Notes: generated from the letters alone by a model not told the origin. A stretch of 64,000 nt of DNA from an uncultured bacterium (GCA_963786935.1 CAWBAN010000003.1:256001-320000), one strand, 5' to 3'. Counted from the first letter of the stretch, positions 23,145-32,575 are shown. Numbers and translations: made by a program.

Positions 23145-23264
23145 TTACCAGAAGGGATAGATGTCACTGGAGCTTTTGCGCTTGCCCGTCTTCCTGCGGA
23201 GACGGCGTCCCAGCAACGCTCCGATCACGCCGGCTGCGGCCAGCGCCGCCCACAGATACCGCAT
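23145..23264 (-). CDS. 39-aa single-TM peptide with C-terminal DIYPFW (DltX-like acyl-shuttle candidate); absent from ORF track
   Basis: ATG 23264 after SD AAGGGAG; MRYLWAALAAAGVIGALLGRRLRRKTGKRKSSSDIYPFW*; downstream hairpin. Confidence 0.7.
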   Translation of the reverse strand: MRYLWAALAAAGVIGALLGRRLRRKTGKRKSSSDIYPFW

Positions 23265-23354
23265 GACGCGCTCCCTTCTCGCGGAACCGCGGCGCGCGCG
23301 CCGTTCGAAGGCATTCCGGCAATTCCCGCGCCCGCCCGGGCCGCCAACATTCCT

Positions 23355-23383
23355 TTGTCAGAGAGTCGATTCTGCCCTAGAAT
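23355..23383 (+). promoter_or_regulatory. Putative sigma70 promoter of the SGNH-TPR gene
   Basis: TTGTCA, 17 bp, TAGAAT. Confidence 0.6.
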
Positions 23384-23423
23384 AGAACCGGGAGCGTGCC
23401 GCGTAAACTCCGAAATACGAAAT

Positions 23424-25457
23424 ATGGATGAAGAACGCGCTGTTTTGGTCCTCGGCGATTCGGCCCTCTCGAGCTTGGGGAGCTGTTTCGAGAATGCCCT
23501 TGACCGTTTCTGCGCGCGGCCGGGCTATGACGTCCCCCTCCGATTCTACAATGCGTCCGCCGTGGGGATGACGTCCGCCGATGCGTACGTCAATCTGGTC
23601 GAGATGGCGAAGCGGCGGAAGTTCGAAGCGGTCATCCTCTACGTGGGCAACTGCGACGCCAGCGCGTATGGATTCCAGAAGCCGAAAACGCTTTTCTGGC
23701 ATGGAGGATTCCACGCGCGCATGAGGAACGCGCTGTACAAGAGAATGAATCCCCTGGCGAGGGGAAGACACCCTCTTCGGTTCGTCGTCTATAAAGTCGC
23801 CGCGAATCGCCTGCGGGAGTGCGTCCCTCCCCGAGACTATGAGAGATTCATTTCGCGTATCATCGCTCACGCGGTCAAGAGGAGCATCCCGGTGATCCTG
23901 CTGAATCCCGTGCCCAAGGTCGACTTTCCTCCCTGCAATACCATGGGCAATTCCCTCTTCTACAAGATCGTGAATGTCCATGACGATCATCCGTATCGGG
24001 GGGGCGGGGCGGCGGGGGCGTTGATCGATGCGCTGTCCCTCCACGGCGCCGGCGCGTTCCCTGAGGCCCTCGCCGCCTACGGCGCGCTGGCGGGAACGCA
24101 TGGACACGACGAGATTGGCTCCATCGCGTCGAACAATGCCGGCGTCGCGCACGCCGCATTGGGGAATTGCGGCGGGGCGCTGCGCGCACTCGATTGCGTC
24201 CCGCCGATTCGCAATCCCCTCTATCCAATCGTCCTTTTCAACAAGGCGGTGATATCGATGCTCGCGGGCGACGAGGCGGAGGCTCGCAGATGCTTCCTCG
24301 CCTCCTTCGATCAGGATAGAGGGACGTATCGTATCTCGCGCGCGCATCGCGACGCCTTGAGGCGCGCTTCGGGGGATACAGGAGCGCTCGTGTCCTTCAT
24401 CGACGCCGGCGGGATTCTGTCCGATTCCGATTTCGTCGATTACTGCCACCCCGGGGAGCGGGGCCACGAGAAAATATGCGGCGAGCTGCGGGCCGCTCTC
24501 GAGAGCGCCCTGCGTCTTCGCCCCGGCGCGTGCCGGCCGCGGATCACGTACGTCCCCCTGAATCCCGACCGGTACGTGGGCGCGAAGTCGGATTTCTTCG
24601 AGCACTTCGATCTTGTCTCCGCGGTGGACGGGGCGTTCAGCCGAAAGGTCATCGCGGACGCCGAGACGATGCCGTACGAGCGCATCACCGAAATGGCGTC
24701 CGCGCCGCATGAAGATCCGCGGACCCGCGCGGGCCTCACGATAGCGGCCCATCCGCTCTTCGGATGCGCGGCGTTTCTGCGGCAATCCCCTCCCGATTCC
24801 TCGGCCGACCAGGGGCGACTCCCGGAGCTCTATTTTCTGCGCCATATGATTTCGATCTACGAGCATCTGGAAAACGATGCGGCGTTCCGTCGAATGTTCG
24901 AAGGCGTGCGGGAGATCGCACCGAAGTTCCACAAGATCGAGGTCTGGCGGGATTCACTCGCGAATTATGCGGGTCATATCGACGCGCGACGCCTCGCCGG
25001 CATCTATGCACGTCTCGATGAGGCGGAGGTGAGCCGGCGAACCGTGCACCTCCTCCGCCGGACGATCTCGCGCGAGCCGGTCGCCGACGGCAAGTATCGA
25101 ACGATGGCCCTGTGGTGGTTCAGGGAATCCCTGATATTCGGGAGCGCCTCGCATCATTCCATGCTCTTCGACCGCTTGAGCCTCCTTCAGATCGTCGATA
25201 CGTGTCTCTTCATGCTGCGGCACGCGGAGCCCGGCTCCGAGACAGCCCGGTTTTTCGAACGCGTCCTGGGTGCCGTCGGCCGGGTGCTGCTCATTCATCG
25301 GGCGCATCTCGCGCCCGTCGCCGACAAGTTCTATCTCTTTTCCGCGGAACGGCGCGCGCGGTACCGCTCGGAGCTCGAGGGGATGCTGCGATCGGAGGAG
25401 CTCTCCGCTCTCATCGCAGGTGTTGACGGATGCAGCGGGCCAGATGCCGCGCGATGA
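23424..25457 (+). CDS. SGNH/GDSL hydrolase-like protein with TPR-like insertion and unknown helical C-terminal region
   Basis: VLVLGDS (block I), YNASAVGMTS (II), YVGNCD (III), FVDYCHP (V); SNNAGVA...LFNKA TPR-like; start ATG 23424 downstream of promoter. Confidence 0.65.
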   Translation: MDEERAVLVLGDSALSSLGSCFENALDRFCARPGYDVPLRFYNASAVGMTSADAYVNLVEMAKRRKFEAVILYVGNCDASAYGFQKPKTLFWHGGFHARMRNALYKRMNPLARGRHPLRFVVYKVAANRLRECVPPRDYERFISRIIAHAVKRSIPVILLNPVPKVDFPPCNTMGNSLFYKIVNVHDDHPYRGGGAAGALIDALSLHGAGAFPEALAAYGALAGTHGHDEIGSIASNNAGVAHAALGNCGGALRALDCVPPIRNPLYPIVLFNKAVISMLAGDEAEARRCFLASFDQDRGTYRISRAHRDALRRASGDTGALVSFIDAGGILSDSDFVDYCHPGERGHEKICGELRAALESALRLRPGACRPRITYVPLNPDRYVGAKSDFFEHFDLVSAVDGAFSRKVIADAETMPYERITEMASAPHEDPRTRAGLTIAAHPLFGCAAFLRQSPPDSSADQGRLPELYFLRHMISIYEHLENDAAFRRMFEGVREIAPKFHKIEVWRDSLANYAGHIDARRLAGIYARLDEAEVSRRTVHLLRRTISREPVADGKYRTMALWWFRESLIFGSASHHSMLFDRLSLLQIVDTCLFMLRHAEPGSETARFFERVLGAVGRVLLIHRAHLAPVADKFYLFSAERRARYRSELEGMLRSEELSALIAGVDGCSGPDAAR

Positions 25458-26598
25458 CCTCGTTGGCGAGCACCGAATAATGTCTCCCGATGAAAACGCG
25501 ATCCACGTCGCCGTTTTCCGCGCACCCGCCGAGCGCATCGAGCATGTCGGCGAATGGGTGGTTCATCCGTTCGCAATGCTCGATCAGAGGGGCATACGGC
25601 CTTACGGCGTTATCGAGAAACCGCTCGATGTCTTTCCGGAGCGGGAACAGAACGACGAGCGGCAGCGTTCCCTGCCGCCGGGCGAGCGCGCAGAATTCGT
25701 CGACGATCTTCACGGTCGTTCGCAGCGCCCGGGAGCCCTCACGGTACCTGCCGCCGCGGTCGAATACTTCGCGCCGCTTTCGATATTCGTTCGATACGAT
25801 CTTCGCCAGACGCGCGGAGGGAGCGAAATCGAGAGGCCCGCTCGAATACGCGTTCAGGTAGTAGTGATCGAGACTTCCGAGCGTCTCGAGCGCGCCGCGG
25901 CCGCCGTCGAGCAGGCGCTCGTAATGTGACAGGGTTTTCATCGGATTGGCGATCGGCATCAGGACGTCGTCCACGACCGTGAAGCCCGGCTTCGCGAGCT
26001 TGATGCCGTGATCGTACGAGTAGAAGGGTCTGAAGACGTTCAACGGCTTAAAGATGTTGCTCGACACGAACGCCAAAACGGCGACGCGCTGGCCGGCGTA
26101 GAATCCGAGGCTTTCCCGGTAACGAATGAGCATCTGGCCGGGATCGTACCCGTCGACGCCGAGATTGATCACCTCAAAGTCGGGAGAGAGCAGTTCCATC
26201 CGGCGCTGCCAGGTGTCCTCCGCCGGAACCTCCTCGCCGAACGTCAGGCAGTCGCCGAACGTCGTGATACGGATGGCGCCGGCAGCGGGAAGGTGCGGAT
26301 AATCCCTCGCGGCCCGCGCGCTTCTCGCGTTGGTCGAGTAGAGCCCGTCCCCGGAGCGGACATTCGGCCGCAGCGACCATCCGAGGATCCCATCATGCTG
26401 CATCAGCGCGCCTCTGCCGTCCTCGGCGACGAACCGTCTGATGAATCGGATGCTGGCCGCGCTCAGTTTCGGTTTTCCGCGTGGCAGGAAGTAGACGCCC
26501 GTTTTCCGGTGAATCGCGCGAAGGCAGCCGTGGCAGATCGCTTCGAACGATCCGTAGATCGCGCACGCGAGAAGGATGACGATCGTTGCTTCGCTCAT
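25411..26598 (-). CDS. Membrane-anchored SGNH/GDSL-family protein (block I Ser replaced by Cys)
   Basis: N-terminal TM; LGWSLRPN, FGDCLTFG, VINLGVDGYDPGQ, GRHYS..ANEVIA. Confidence 0.78.
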   Translation of the reverse strand: MSEATIVILLACAIYGSFEAICHGCLRAIHRKTGVYFLPRGKPKLSAASIRFIRRFVAEDGRGALMQHDGILGWSLRPNVRSGDGLYSTNARSARAARDYPHLPAAGAIRITTFGDCLTFGEEVPAEDTWQRRMELLSPDFEVINLGVDGYDPGQMLIRYRESLGFYAGQRVAVLAFVSSNIFKPLNVFRPFYSYDHGIKLAKPGFTVVDDVLMPIANPMKTLSHYERLLDGGRGALETLGSLDHYYLNAYSSGPLDFAPSARLAKIVSNEYRKRREVFDRGGRYREGSRALRTTVKIVDEFCALARRQGTLPLVVLFPLRKDIERFLDNAVRPYAPLIEHCERMNHPFADMLDALGGCAENGDVDRVFIGRHYSVLANEVIARHLARCIRQHLR

Positions 26599-26612
26599 AG
26601 CCCTCACTCGGT

Positions 26613-27704
26613 TCACCGTGGTCGGAAGCGCCTGATTCTCTCGCGAACGATATCGGGCCAGTGCCGCGGTTGAATCAACAGGCTCACGGAGAGGAAGCAC
26701 TCCTGGGTGCACATGCAGCGCTCCTCGCGGATCCAGCCGCGGATCGCGTCTCCCGCCGGAGAATTCCACAGCCGGGGGAAGTCATATGCGAACTCCCGCA
26801 CGTTTCCGAACGATCGATCGAGGAGCTCGCAGGGTCGGACCGTTCCGTCGCCGAAGATCACGCCCCCGAGCGATCCGGCGGCGCAGCGCCCCGGATAGCG
26901 CCCGTCCGCGAGCATATCCATGATCACCGTTCTCCGTGTCGCGTTCTTCGCGCTCAGCCACGCTCCCGCGATATGTCCGCGATGCCCGCCGCAGCGTTTC
27001 CCGCGGACGCGCCGGTCGATGATGCGGTGCGCCTCGGCGTAATTCCCGCGATCGATGTTGACGGCGCCGGGATCCCGGGTCTCGCCGCGCGTCACGTTCA
27101 CCATCCATTCCCCGCGGGGATTCACCCGTTCAACGACGGCCGCGACGGCCGCCACCTCGTGTTCGTTGTACAACGAGATGGTCGTGATGACGCCGATGTC
27201 GAAACTCGGATAGCGGTCCCTGAGCGTTTGGAGCTCCCGAATCGTGCGGAGCGCCCGGCCGTAGCTCCCCCTCGCGTTCCGGATGCGGTCGTGCGTCTCT
27301 TCGGTGCCGTCGAGGGAGACGTCGACGCGAAACGGCACTCGCGGATTGGCGCGCAGCATTCGCTCGGCGGATGAGACGATGAGGCCGGGTTCGAAACCGG
27401 AGGTCGGAATCTCGTACCTCTTGAGATTCGTCTTCCGAACGAGCATCTCGACGAGCCCGACGATATCCTCGCGGAGGAACGCCTCTCCGCCGGTGAGGCT
27501 CAGAAAGTACAGCGATTTGATGGAGCCGGCGAGGCGTTCGATCTCGTCGAAGCGCAGCGGCGGCCCGCCGAGGTGTTTTTCTTTCCACGCGTCGGTATAC
27601 CAGCAATGCCGGCACTTCGTCCAGCACGTGTCGCCCACGAAGAGGATCAGGTACGGCGGGGTCCTGAACGCGCGCGCGAGCGTATCGGTGAGGTGCCGGC
27701 TCAT
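26613..27704 (-). CDS. Radical SAM protein with SPASM/twitch domain
   Basis: CWTKCRHC, LTGGE, VSLDG..ETHDRIR, CAAG...GTVRPCELL...CMCTQEC. Confidence 0.9.
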   Translation of the reverse strand: MSRHLTDTLARAFRTPPYLILFVGDTCWTKCRHCWYTDAWKEKHLGGPPLRFDEIERLAGSIKSLYFLSLTGGEAFLREDIVGLVEMLVRKTNLKRYEIPTSGFEPGLIVSSAERMLRANPRVPFRVDVSLDGTEETHDRIRNARGSYGRALRTIRELQTLRDRYPSFDIGVITTISLYNEHEVAAVAAVVERVNPRGEWMVNVTRGETRDPGAVNIDRGNYAEAHRIIDRRVRGKRCGGHRGHIAGAWLSAKNATRRTVIMDMLADGRYPGRCAAGSLGGVIFGDGTVRPCELLDRSFGNVREFAYDFPRLWNSPAGDAIRGWIREERCMCTQECFLSVSLLIQPRHWPDIVRERIRRFRPR

Positions 27705-27717
27705 GCGACCCTTTCCG

Positions 27718-28623
27718 TCAGGCAGAATCGTTGAAGAAACGGACGTATTCGCGCCCCGTCATCGGCCTCACGGCGGCTTTCGAGAGCATGTGCTCGAACA
27801 GGGCTCGCGTCATTTCGTACCTGCGTTCCCGGTCGCGCAGATACAGTCGATGGAGGGCTTTCCTCCGTGCCGCCGCCGTCGCGGCGCCCGTTTCGGCCCC
27901 GACCAGCGCCGATCCCCGGTATGCGCTGAACTCGTAGGAGTGGAACAGATAGACGATCGGTTTTCGAATGCGCCGCGCCTCCGCGATCAGGATTTCGAAA
28001 AATGCCTTCATGAAGCCGAGGCCGCACAGATAGAGCGAACCCGAAAGAAACGGGGCGCCGAGGCAGCTCAAGGGCACGACGAGCAGCGGTGCGTCCCCCT
28101 TTCTGAAGGGAGAATCCGTTCTCGGATGATACGGGGAACGGGGGGCGGCAAGCCAGCCGGAGCAGCCCCCTTTCGAGTTCAGCACGTCGAACCGCTGTGA
28201 GCAGACCGAGAAATCGGCCTCGTACCCATGCTCGACGAGGACCCGCTGCGTTATCGACGACGTGGTCATTCCGGGCCCGCGGAAACATCGCGGCCGGATC
28301 CCCGACGCCTCCTGGAGGATTGCGGTCGATTCCGCGACGGCGTTCCGGCATTCGTCCAGCGACAATTTTGCGAAGTCGGAGCCTGCGCCGTGAGAGACGC
28401 CGTGGCACGCGATCTCATGCTCCGCCGACAGCATCTTGATCTCCTCGGCGAATGCGCGCGCCGCCTCGGCCGTGCTGAACACGGTGACGGGCAATCCGAG
28501 CGTCGCGAGATCCGCGCGCAGCCGGTGGAGGACGCTCTTCTGCCCGGCGAGATCGTGGTCCGGAGCGATCTCGAGATCGAGGGTCACGAGGAGAGGGACT
28601 GTATCGTTTCTTCCGTGAGGCAT
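27718..28623 (-). CDS. Polysaccharide deacetylase family protein
   Basis: VTLDLE, HEIACHGVSH, FRGPG, YLFHSYE. Confidence 0.82.
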   Translation of the reverse strand: MPHGRNDTVPLLVTLDLEIAPDHDLAGQKSVLHRLRADLATLGLPVTVFSTAEAARAFAEEIKMLSAEHEIACHGVSHGAGSDFAKLSLDECRNAVAESTAILQEASGIRPRCFRGPGMTTSSITQRVLVEHGYEADFSVCSQRFDVLNSKGGCSGWLAAPRSPYHPRTDSPFRKGDAPLLVVPLSCLGAPFLSGSLYLCGLGFMKAFFEILIAEARRIRKPIVYLFHSYEFSAYRGSALVGAETGAATAAARRKALHRLYLRDRERRYEMTRALFEHMLSKAAVRPMTGREYVRFFNDSA

Positions 28624-29387
28624 GACGTTTCAATCCGCGGCGCCGCGCCGCTCCGCATTCTCCGATAGAGGATGCCCGCGAGAAAACCGGGGGCCGCGAC
28701 GACGTTGCGGTGCCACATGCGCCCCGGTTCGCGGAGAAATCGGTAGAGCCACTCAAGCCTCGCTCTTCTCATGAAGCGGGGAGCTCTCGGCTTCGCGGCG
28801 GAAACGAAATCGAAGAGACCTCCGACGTTCCAGACAAGGGAGACGCGCAGACGGTCCAGGTATTTCAGCGCGAACGTTTCCTGTTTCAGGAAGCCCCTGC
28901 CGATCAGGAGCATCCGTGCGCCGCTCCCGTTGATGCTCGATACGATGCCGTCTTCCTCGCCGGCGTCGAAATAGCCGCCGCGGCATCCCGCGATCTCGAT
29001 TCCCGGGTAGCGTCGCGATATTTCCCGGGCCGCCGATTCGGCGACATGCCGCTCCGATCCGAGACAGAAGATGCGGAGCCGCTCGCGCGACGCGCGCTCC
29101 ATGACCAACGGAAAAAGATCGGTGCCGTTGAGATCGGGCTGTCGACCGAGGCCGAGCAGCATGCAGCCGATCTTCATCCCGATACCGTCGAGAATGAGGA
29201 CGGCCTCCTTCGCGAGACGATCCCTGAAGGCCGGCTTCTTCTGGAGGTAGTAATAGTTGCACGCGTTGATGTGCGATACGACGACCGGCCGCGCCGGCGC
29301 GGCGAGCGCCAGCCCGATGAGCCAGTCGGCCGCGTTCGCGAAGCTCCCCGTCACGAGCGGAAGAGCGCCGAGGCGAATCAGCCGCAT
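28584..29387 (-). CDS. WecB/TagA/CpsF family glycosyltransferase
   Basis: DGIG, DLNGTDL, GYF, KQE, VGGLFDF, RAP, LEWLYRF.REP.R.W.R. Confidence 0.9.
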   Translation of the reverse strand: MRLIRLGALPLVTGSFANAADWLIGLALAAPARPVVVSHINACNYYYLQKKPAFRDRLAKEAVLILDGIGMKIGCMLLGLGRQPDLNGTDLFPLVMERASRERLRIFCLGSERHVAESAAREISRRYPGIEIAGCRGGYFDAGEEDGIVSSINGSGARMLLIGRGFLKQETFALKYLDRLRVSLVWNVGGLFDFVSAAKPRAPRFMRRARLEWLYRFLREPGRMWHRNVVAAPGFLAGILYRRMRSGAAPRIETSCLTEETIQSLSS

Positions 29388-29492
29388 GCGGCCCGCGGCG
29401 GGGCGCGGCGCCTGATGCGTGAGCGCTTCGCGCGCGAGAAGCTGTGTCGTTTCTCGGGCCGTAGTACCCTCCCGGCACAGAGCGCGGTTCAG

Positions 29493-30275
29493 CTACGTTC
29501 TCCCCCGGATCCTTCGGGTGATGCCCGTCACCACGCTTCGGGGAAGCAATCCCAGGGCGGGGACGAGAATCCTGTCCATCGTTCCGGGGATGGCGACCGT
29601 TTTACCCTTCATCATGCTTCGGTAACCGTATGCGGCTACGTTCTCGGGAGAGAGCGTACCCCTGAATCCGACGGAGCGCAACTCCCCCATTCCCGCCGCG
29701 CGCGCGAAGCCGCTCGCCGTCGGGCCGGGGCAGAGGGCGGTGACCGTGACGCCCGTGCCCTTCAATTCCTCCGCGATCGCCTCCGAAAAGGAAAGAACGT
29801 AGGCCTTCGTCGCGCAGTACACCGCCATCAGGGGGCCGGGCCTGAACGCCGCGGTCGAGGCCACGTTGAGGATTTTCCCGCGGCCGCGAGCGAGCATCCC
29901 CACGAGTGCGAGCTTCGTCAGTTCCGTGAGCGCGATGATATTGAGCGCGATCATGCGGCTTTCCGTTTCGGCGCCGGTTTCCGCGAACGTCCCGAAGAGC
30001 CCGAAGCCGGCGTTGTTGATGACCACGTCAGGCGCGATCTTTTCCCCCTCGAGATCGGCGAACACCGCGCGGGCCGAGTCGGGTCTCGATAAATCCGCCG
30101 CGATGACCTTGGCGCGGATGGGGAACGCGCCCTCCAGGTCCGCCTTGATCGCAGCGAGCGCATCCGCATCTCTCGCCACGAGGACGAGGTCGTGGCGTTC
30201 CCGCGCGAGCAGTCGCGCGAACGCGTGCCCGATGCCGCTCGTTGCGCCCGTCACCAGCGCCGTTTTATTCGTCAT
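29493..30275 (-). CDS. SDR family oxidoreductase
   Basis: TGATSGIG, INNAGFG, NVASTA, YCATK, CPGPT; start ATG 30275. Confidence 0.92.
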   Translation of the reverse strand: MTNKTALVTGATSGIGHAFARLLARERHDLVLVARDADALAAIKADLEGAFPIRAKVIAADLSRPDSARAVFADLEGEKIAPDVVINNAGFGLFGTFAETGAETESRMIALNIIALTELTKLALVGMLARGRGKILNVASTAAFRPGPLMAVYCATKAYVLSFSEAIAEELKGTGVTVTALCPGPTASGFARAAGMGELRSVGFRGTLSPENVAAYGYRSMMKGKTVAIPGTMDRILVPALGLLPRSVVTGITRRIRGRT

Positions 30276-31284
30276 GGCGAGTGAGCTCCTCGAACGCCGG
30301 CCGCCCGGCGCGCCGCAAAAGCCGGAAATCCCACACGCCGCGCCAGAATCCGTAGCCGTATCCGATCTGCATGCATGCGAATACAAAGGGGACGAGGGGG
30401 AGGCGCGTCCATGCGCGCTCGCGCGCGCACAGCGCCAGCGCGGAGACGAACAGGAACAGAAGGTAGCACGCGACGAGCGCGGCGAAGAGCGGAATCGCCG
30501 GAACATAGAAGAGGCCGGCGATCAGGAACGCTCCCGCGGTTCCCAGGAACGCGGCCGGCACGAGATGGCGCACAGAAGCGGCGCCGCGGTGCTTTTCTAT
30601 CTCCCGGACTTTCCAATAGCCGTACTGGGCGTACTGCCGGAACACGGAACGAAGGTCATTCCGCGGCCGGTACCACGACCGAATACGCGGCGTCTGCCAG
30701 ATCATCCCGCCGTGCGCGATGATCCGCCGGTTGAGCTCGCCGTCCTGGTTTCGCGCCAGCTCCTCGTCGAAGAAGCCGATCTTGTCGAAGATGCCGCGCC
30801 GCCAGACGCCATAGATCACGGAATCGATGGGCCCTTCAAACGATGGGTCGTGAATGCGGGAACCGCCGACCGCGATCGGCGAATGGCATGCTACGGCGAT
30901 TGTGGAAGGCACGTAGCCCTCCGCCTCGGCGAGCTGCGGGCCGCCGACGTTGTCCGCTCCCGTTTCATTCGAAACCTCGATGCAGCACGCCACGTAGTCC
31001 TTCGCGTAGCGCGTATGCGCGTCCATTCGAATGAGAATCTCGCCGGAAGAGCGCCGGATGGCGAGATTCAGCGCGGCGGACGTCGATCGTTTCGGATTGT
31101 CGACGACGATGATCCGCGGATGCCGGGTCGAGAGCTCGCGAAGGACCTCTCGAGTGCCGTCGTCGCTCATTCCGTCGGCGACGATGATCTCGCAGTCGTG
31201 GTCCGTCGTCTCCAGCAATAAATGCAGGAGCTCCGCGATCGAGGCGATCTCGTTCCGGCATGGTATGAGAATCGACGTGTGAAT
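30265..31284 (-). CDS. Glycosyltransferase family 2 (ExoA-like); start uncertain, ATT at 31284 proposed
   Basis: TSILIPCRNE, ADGMSDDGT, RMDAH, RNQDGELN, QYAQYGYWK, C-terminal TMs; conserved N-terminus lies upstream of the first TTG (31218). Confidence 0.82.
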   Translation of the reverse strand: MHTSILIPCRNEIASIAELLHLLLETTDHDCEIIVADGMSDDGTREVLRELSTRHPRIIVVDNPKRSTSAALNLAIRRSSGEILIRMDAHTRYAKDYVACCIEVSNETGADNVGGPQLAEAEGYVPSTIAVACHSPIAVGGSRIHDPSFEGPIDSVIYGVWRRGIFDKIGFFDEELARNQDGELNRRIIAHGGMIWQTPRIRSWYRPRNDLRSVFRQYAQYGYWKVREIEKHRGAASVRHLVPAAFLGTAGAFLIAGLFYVPAIPLFAALVACYLLFLFVSALALCARERAWTRLPLVPFVFACMQIGYGYGFWRGVWDFRLLRRAGRPAFEELTRHDE

Positions 31285-31421
31285 TGTTTTTCCCTTGTAT
31301 CAGGATTCCCCGCGCTTGCATCGCGCAATTTCAATATACCGAATCGCGCGGAACGGAGTCAAGCCGCTGAAACCGGCGCGCGCTCGTGCCCGCGGCCCGC
31401 AAGCCCCTGAGGGGATACCCG

Positions 31422-31450
31422 TTGCGGTCGCCCCCGGCCGAATGTATAGT
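31422..31450 (+). promoter_or_regulatory. Putative sigma70 promoter, probably leaderless
   Basis: TTGCGG, 17 bp, TATAGT; GTG start 7 nt after the -10. Confidence 0.5.
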
Positions 31451-31456
31451 GCGTGT

Positions 31457-32554
31457 GTGAAGAAGAGACGGGTGCTTCTCATCGGGCCTCTGCCGCGGCT
31501 TATCGGGGGGGATTCCGTCGCGACGCTGAACCTCGCACGGAGCAGATACTGGAATGATGCCGGTATCGAGCTCATCGTCGTCAATACGGGCGTGCGGGAC
31601 AGGATCAGGACCGCGGAAGAGCGGCTGTCGTGGGGGGAGCTGTTCAGATTCGCGAGAATCATGATGCAGACGGTCCGGGCGCTTTCCCGCGCCGACGCCG
31701 TATTGCTCTGGTGCAACAGCCGTTTCCTCTGCACTGCGGGGCCGTTCATCGTTCTTGTATCGCTGGCGGCGAGGCGCCCCGTTATCGTAAAAATGTTCGG
31801 CACCGCCTTACCGCGGCACCTCGAAACTCTCCCGGGACCGTGGCGTATCCTCGTTTGTGCGGCGCTCGCAAAAGTCCGCTCCGTATTGCCCGAGACGCGG
31901 GCCCTCGCTGACGAGCTGATCGAGCGATGGCGGGTGCCCGCCTCGCGAGTGCTCCTCTTTCCGAACTTCGTGCCCGAGCGCGATATCGAACGGCGTTCCC
32001 GCGGGAGACGCTTCGCCGGGAATTGCGTCTTCGTGGGGCAGATCAGGGAGGAGAAGGGGATTTTCGATATTATCCGCGCCCTGCGCGAGAGGACGGATTT
32101 CAGCTGCGACTTTTACGGTCCCGTGATCCAACGTGACCGGAAGATGTTCGAGGATCAAATCGCCGGGAGCGATCATCTGCGATACCGCGGGATCATGGAG
32201 CCTTCGGCGGTCGTCGACGCGATGGGCGCGTACGACGTGCTTCTCCTCCCGACGCGATCGCCCGGCGAGGGCTATCCCGCCGTGGTGCTGCAGGCCTTCG
32301 CGGCGGGCGTTCCCGTTATCGCATCCGCTTGGAAATCGATACCCGACCTGATAGAGGACGGCGTCACGGGCATTCTGATCCCACCGCACTCTCCGGAGAG
32401 CATCGTCGGCGCGCTCGAGAAGCTCTCCCGCGACGGCGGGCTCTATTCTTCGATAGCGGAGAATGCGCTCGCGTCGGCGGAAACGTTCTCCGAGAAGGCC
32501 GTCGTGCGTGATATCCTCGTGACGAAGGTGCTCGATATCCTTTCCATCCGATGA
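31457..32554 (+). CDS. Glycosyltransferase family 4
   Basis: VLLIGPLP..GG, FVGQIREEKG, DVLLLPT...EGYP.VVLQAFAAG.PVI. Confidence 0.88.
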   Translation: MKKRRVLLIGPLPRLIGGDSVATLNLARSRYWNDAGIELIVVNTGVRDRIRTAEERLSWGELFRFARIMMQTVRALSRADAVLLWCNSRFLCTAGPFIVLVSLAARRPVIVKMFGTALPRHLETLPGPWRILVCAALAKVRSVLPETRALADELIERWRVPASRVLLFPNFVPERDIERRSRGRRFAGNCVFVGQIREEKGIFDIIRALRERTDFSCDFYGPVIQRDRKMFEDQIAGSDHLRYRGIMEPSAVVDAMGAYDVLLLPTRSPGEGYPAVVLQAFAAGVPVIASAWKSIPDLIEDGVTGILIPPHSPESIVGALEKLSRDGGLYSSIAENALASAETFSEKAVVRDILVTKVLDILSIR

Positions 32555-32575
32555 ACAAGGAGGTATAGTAACTCC

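Noticed and set aside
28584..28623. 40-bp overlap between TagA/WecB and deacetylase genes as a frameshift
   Set aside because: Both proteins retain complete motifs; overlap is explained by a short non-conserved tail
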